DNA of 64,000 bases from Podarcis liolepis. Taxonomy: Eukaryota. The position numbers and the translations under genes were made by a program. Below are positions 62,228 to 64,000 of this stretch, piece after piece; positions within the stretch are counted from its first letter, which is position 1, and each line of letters starts with the position of its first letter. The stretch is from NCBI GenBank assembly GCA_965112155.1, contig OZ218107.1. One strand, written 5' to 3'. The notes under the pieces were generated by a model. It was not told the DNA's origin and made no database searches. It was given only the letters and a program-made list of their open reading frames with translations.

Positions 62228-62467
62228 AAGTGGTGATGGCCCACCAACTTGGATGGCTTTTGAAAGAGGATTGGACAAGTTCAAGGAGGATAAGGCTATA
62301 ATGCTTCTGAAAACCAGTTGCTGGAAACCGCAGGAAGGGAGTGTGTTGTTGCTCTCAGGACCTGCTTGCAGGCTTCCTGGTGGGCATTTGGTTGGTCACT
62401 GTGAAAACAGGGTGCTGGTCTAGATGGGACACTGGCCTGATCCTGAAGGGCTATTATGCTCTTATGC
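62228..62467 (+). mobile_element. CR1 LINE 3' end
   Basis: gtggtgatggcc...ttggatggcttt..aagaggattggacaagttc..ggaggataaggcta ... ggcctgatcc...gctcttatg. Confidence 0.7.
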
Positions 62468-63197
62468 TAACTTGAAATATTCATTATCCTTTCACTCACT
62501 AGCCAGAGAAGGAGGGCCGGTGATATTATGTCACTGCTGTTGCTTGAAGTGCGGTGGGGAGTCCCGGAACTGTGCTCTTCCATCCCACACACCCCATGCA
62601 CACCTCAGTTCTTGTTTCACATGACCACCTGGACAGGTACAGAAAGCCTTGCTGGGCAGAATCTTGTACCTTGCTGACTGGAAAGGTGCATTGATAGTGT
62701 GTGCCTAACAGTGTAGTCCAACACATATTTATTCAAACATTACTCTTTAGAAAGTTCTGTTAGGATCACACTACTGTAGCTTCAAAAATGACTTGACCGA
62801 ACAATTAGAGAGTAAGAGAAGGGAGACAGTGAATTATTTCTTCATAGAACAGACACCTTTATTGATTTTTTTTACAGAATATAAAGCATGCTTCTACAGA
62901 GGTTAACACATTTATTTCATGTATTAAGTTTATTGTTACAAGGTATCATTGTTCTGTTTCTATAGCTGGCTTGTTTAAAAATAGCAGAATGAGAAGCCAT
63001 ACAACAAGGCTTGGCTATAACTATGAGCCCTGGGTTTAGACAACGCACTAAGCCAAACCACAGCTGAGCTTGCAGCAGCAGGCATGGAAGAGGACAAAAC
63101 AGCTGCAATCTCATTTCCAGGAGCTTTCATATTTGTGCTAAGTGTTATGTGCAAACCAGGTCTTTGACTCTTGTGGCACTAACAGCTTGATTGTACT

Positions 63198-63231
63198 ATT
63201 TGTTTGTTTGATTGATTGATTGATTGATTGA
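63198..63231. repeat. (TTTG)n(ATTG)n compound microsatellite
   Basis: tttgtttgtttg attgattgattgattgattg. Confidence 0.85.
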
Positions 63232-63305
63232 AGCAATTCAATGATCAGATTAGGTGACTGCTTGAAGTAAACTTTGAAAACCACAGAAGGTTTCTTCTCC
63301 TCTAG

Positions 63306-63390
63306 GAGGATCCGGTTTTGATCCGTCATTTTAAAGGCCACAAAGATGCAGTCACCTGTGTTGCCTTCAATCCAACTACTAGAGCACTTG
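63306..63390 (+). CDS. POC1B: POC1B coding exon 2 (EDPVLIRHFKGHKDAVTCVAFNPTTRAL, first WD40 repeat); gene continues beyond the window
   Basis: ttcttctcctctag|GAG acceptor, G|gtaagc donor, 85 nt; EDP.L.R.FKGH motif of the POC1 family. B paralogue assigned from the known ATP2B1-POC1B synteny. Absent from the ORF track. Confidence 0.9.
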
Positions 63391-64000
63391 GTAAGCTTAC
63401 GTGTTGAAGCATAAATGAACAAATGATTTGTGTGGTCTCTTGGATATTCCATAAGTTATTTGCCTGTTGGGCAGTTGTAAATATGAGGCTGAATGCCTTG
63501 GAATTCTGCCCCAAATGATTTGTCTTCAACACTTCAGAGTTAAGGACTGTATTAACGGCAAATATATATTTCCCAACAAAAACACCAGGTATCAAAATGA
63601 GAGCCCTCCCTCTGCATTTATTGGGGTACTTTTATTTGCCTTGATTGCAAGTTTGGGAGGGTAGTGCAAGTGTTGGGTAACTAGTCTTTTAAGGCTGCAA
63701 TACTGTACACACTTATGGGAGTTAGTCCCATTGAACTCAGGAGAATTATTGTTGGTAGATGTTTTTAGGATTGCACTATGGGTGACCTTGAGAATGCACT
63801 GTAAGGCTGTAAGGCCATGCACATTTTATCTGAGGGTGAATCACTTATTGGAATAAGCATGCATAGGATTGCTGCTCTGCAATGTGCACCACACCCTGTT
63901 TACTGAGAAACAATAAGCTCAGTTGAGTTCAAGGAAATGCACACAGAATTGCAGGCTTTGTTTCAGTTGCACTGGTTTTGCTTTGAGCCCTCCACCTTCT

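Noticed and set aside
63306-63390. Assignment to POC1A instead of POC1B
   Set aside because: The peptide alone is ambiguous (HFKGH.DAVTCV is POC1A-like), but EDPVL/GHK and the position directly downstream of ATP2B1 favour POC1B.

Overview
Vertebrate genomic DNA, most likely a squamate (lacertid-type lizard, judged from a full Sauria SINE and the repeat landscape). The window holds all constitutive coding exons of ATP2B1 (plasma-membrane Ca2+-ATPase PMCA1) on the + strand, 12087..47707. I traced 20 coding exons by hand; they sum to 3660 nt = 1219 aa + stop (the 'b' C-terminal form ending ETSL). The non-coding first exon and promoter are not visible and presumably lie upstream. The alternatively spliced site-C exon is mostly hidden in an assembly gap (43296-43507), but its 3' end and donor are visible. 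A ~3 kb 3'UTR follows, then ~10 kb of repeat-rich intergenic DNA, then a CpG-island promoter and the first two coding exons of POC1B (WD40 centriole/basal-body protein) on the same strand. Introns carry a Sauria SINE, hAT and Tc1/mariner MITEs, and L2, CR1, RTE and L1-like fragments. Almost all other ORFs in the six-frame track are spurious or repeat-derived. I found no evidence for a wholly new multi-gene system. The most interesting signals are at the RNA-processing level: an obligatory non-canonical AA|GC donor, an (ACT)n/poly-Thr run in the gap-hidden regulatory exon, candidate extra splice sites at both PMCA splice hot spots (A and C), three uORFs, and a possible alternative coding first exon of POC1B next to an RFX X-box. 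Comparisons with human sequences are from memory and were not computed.
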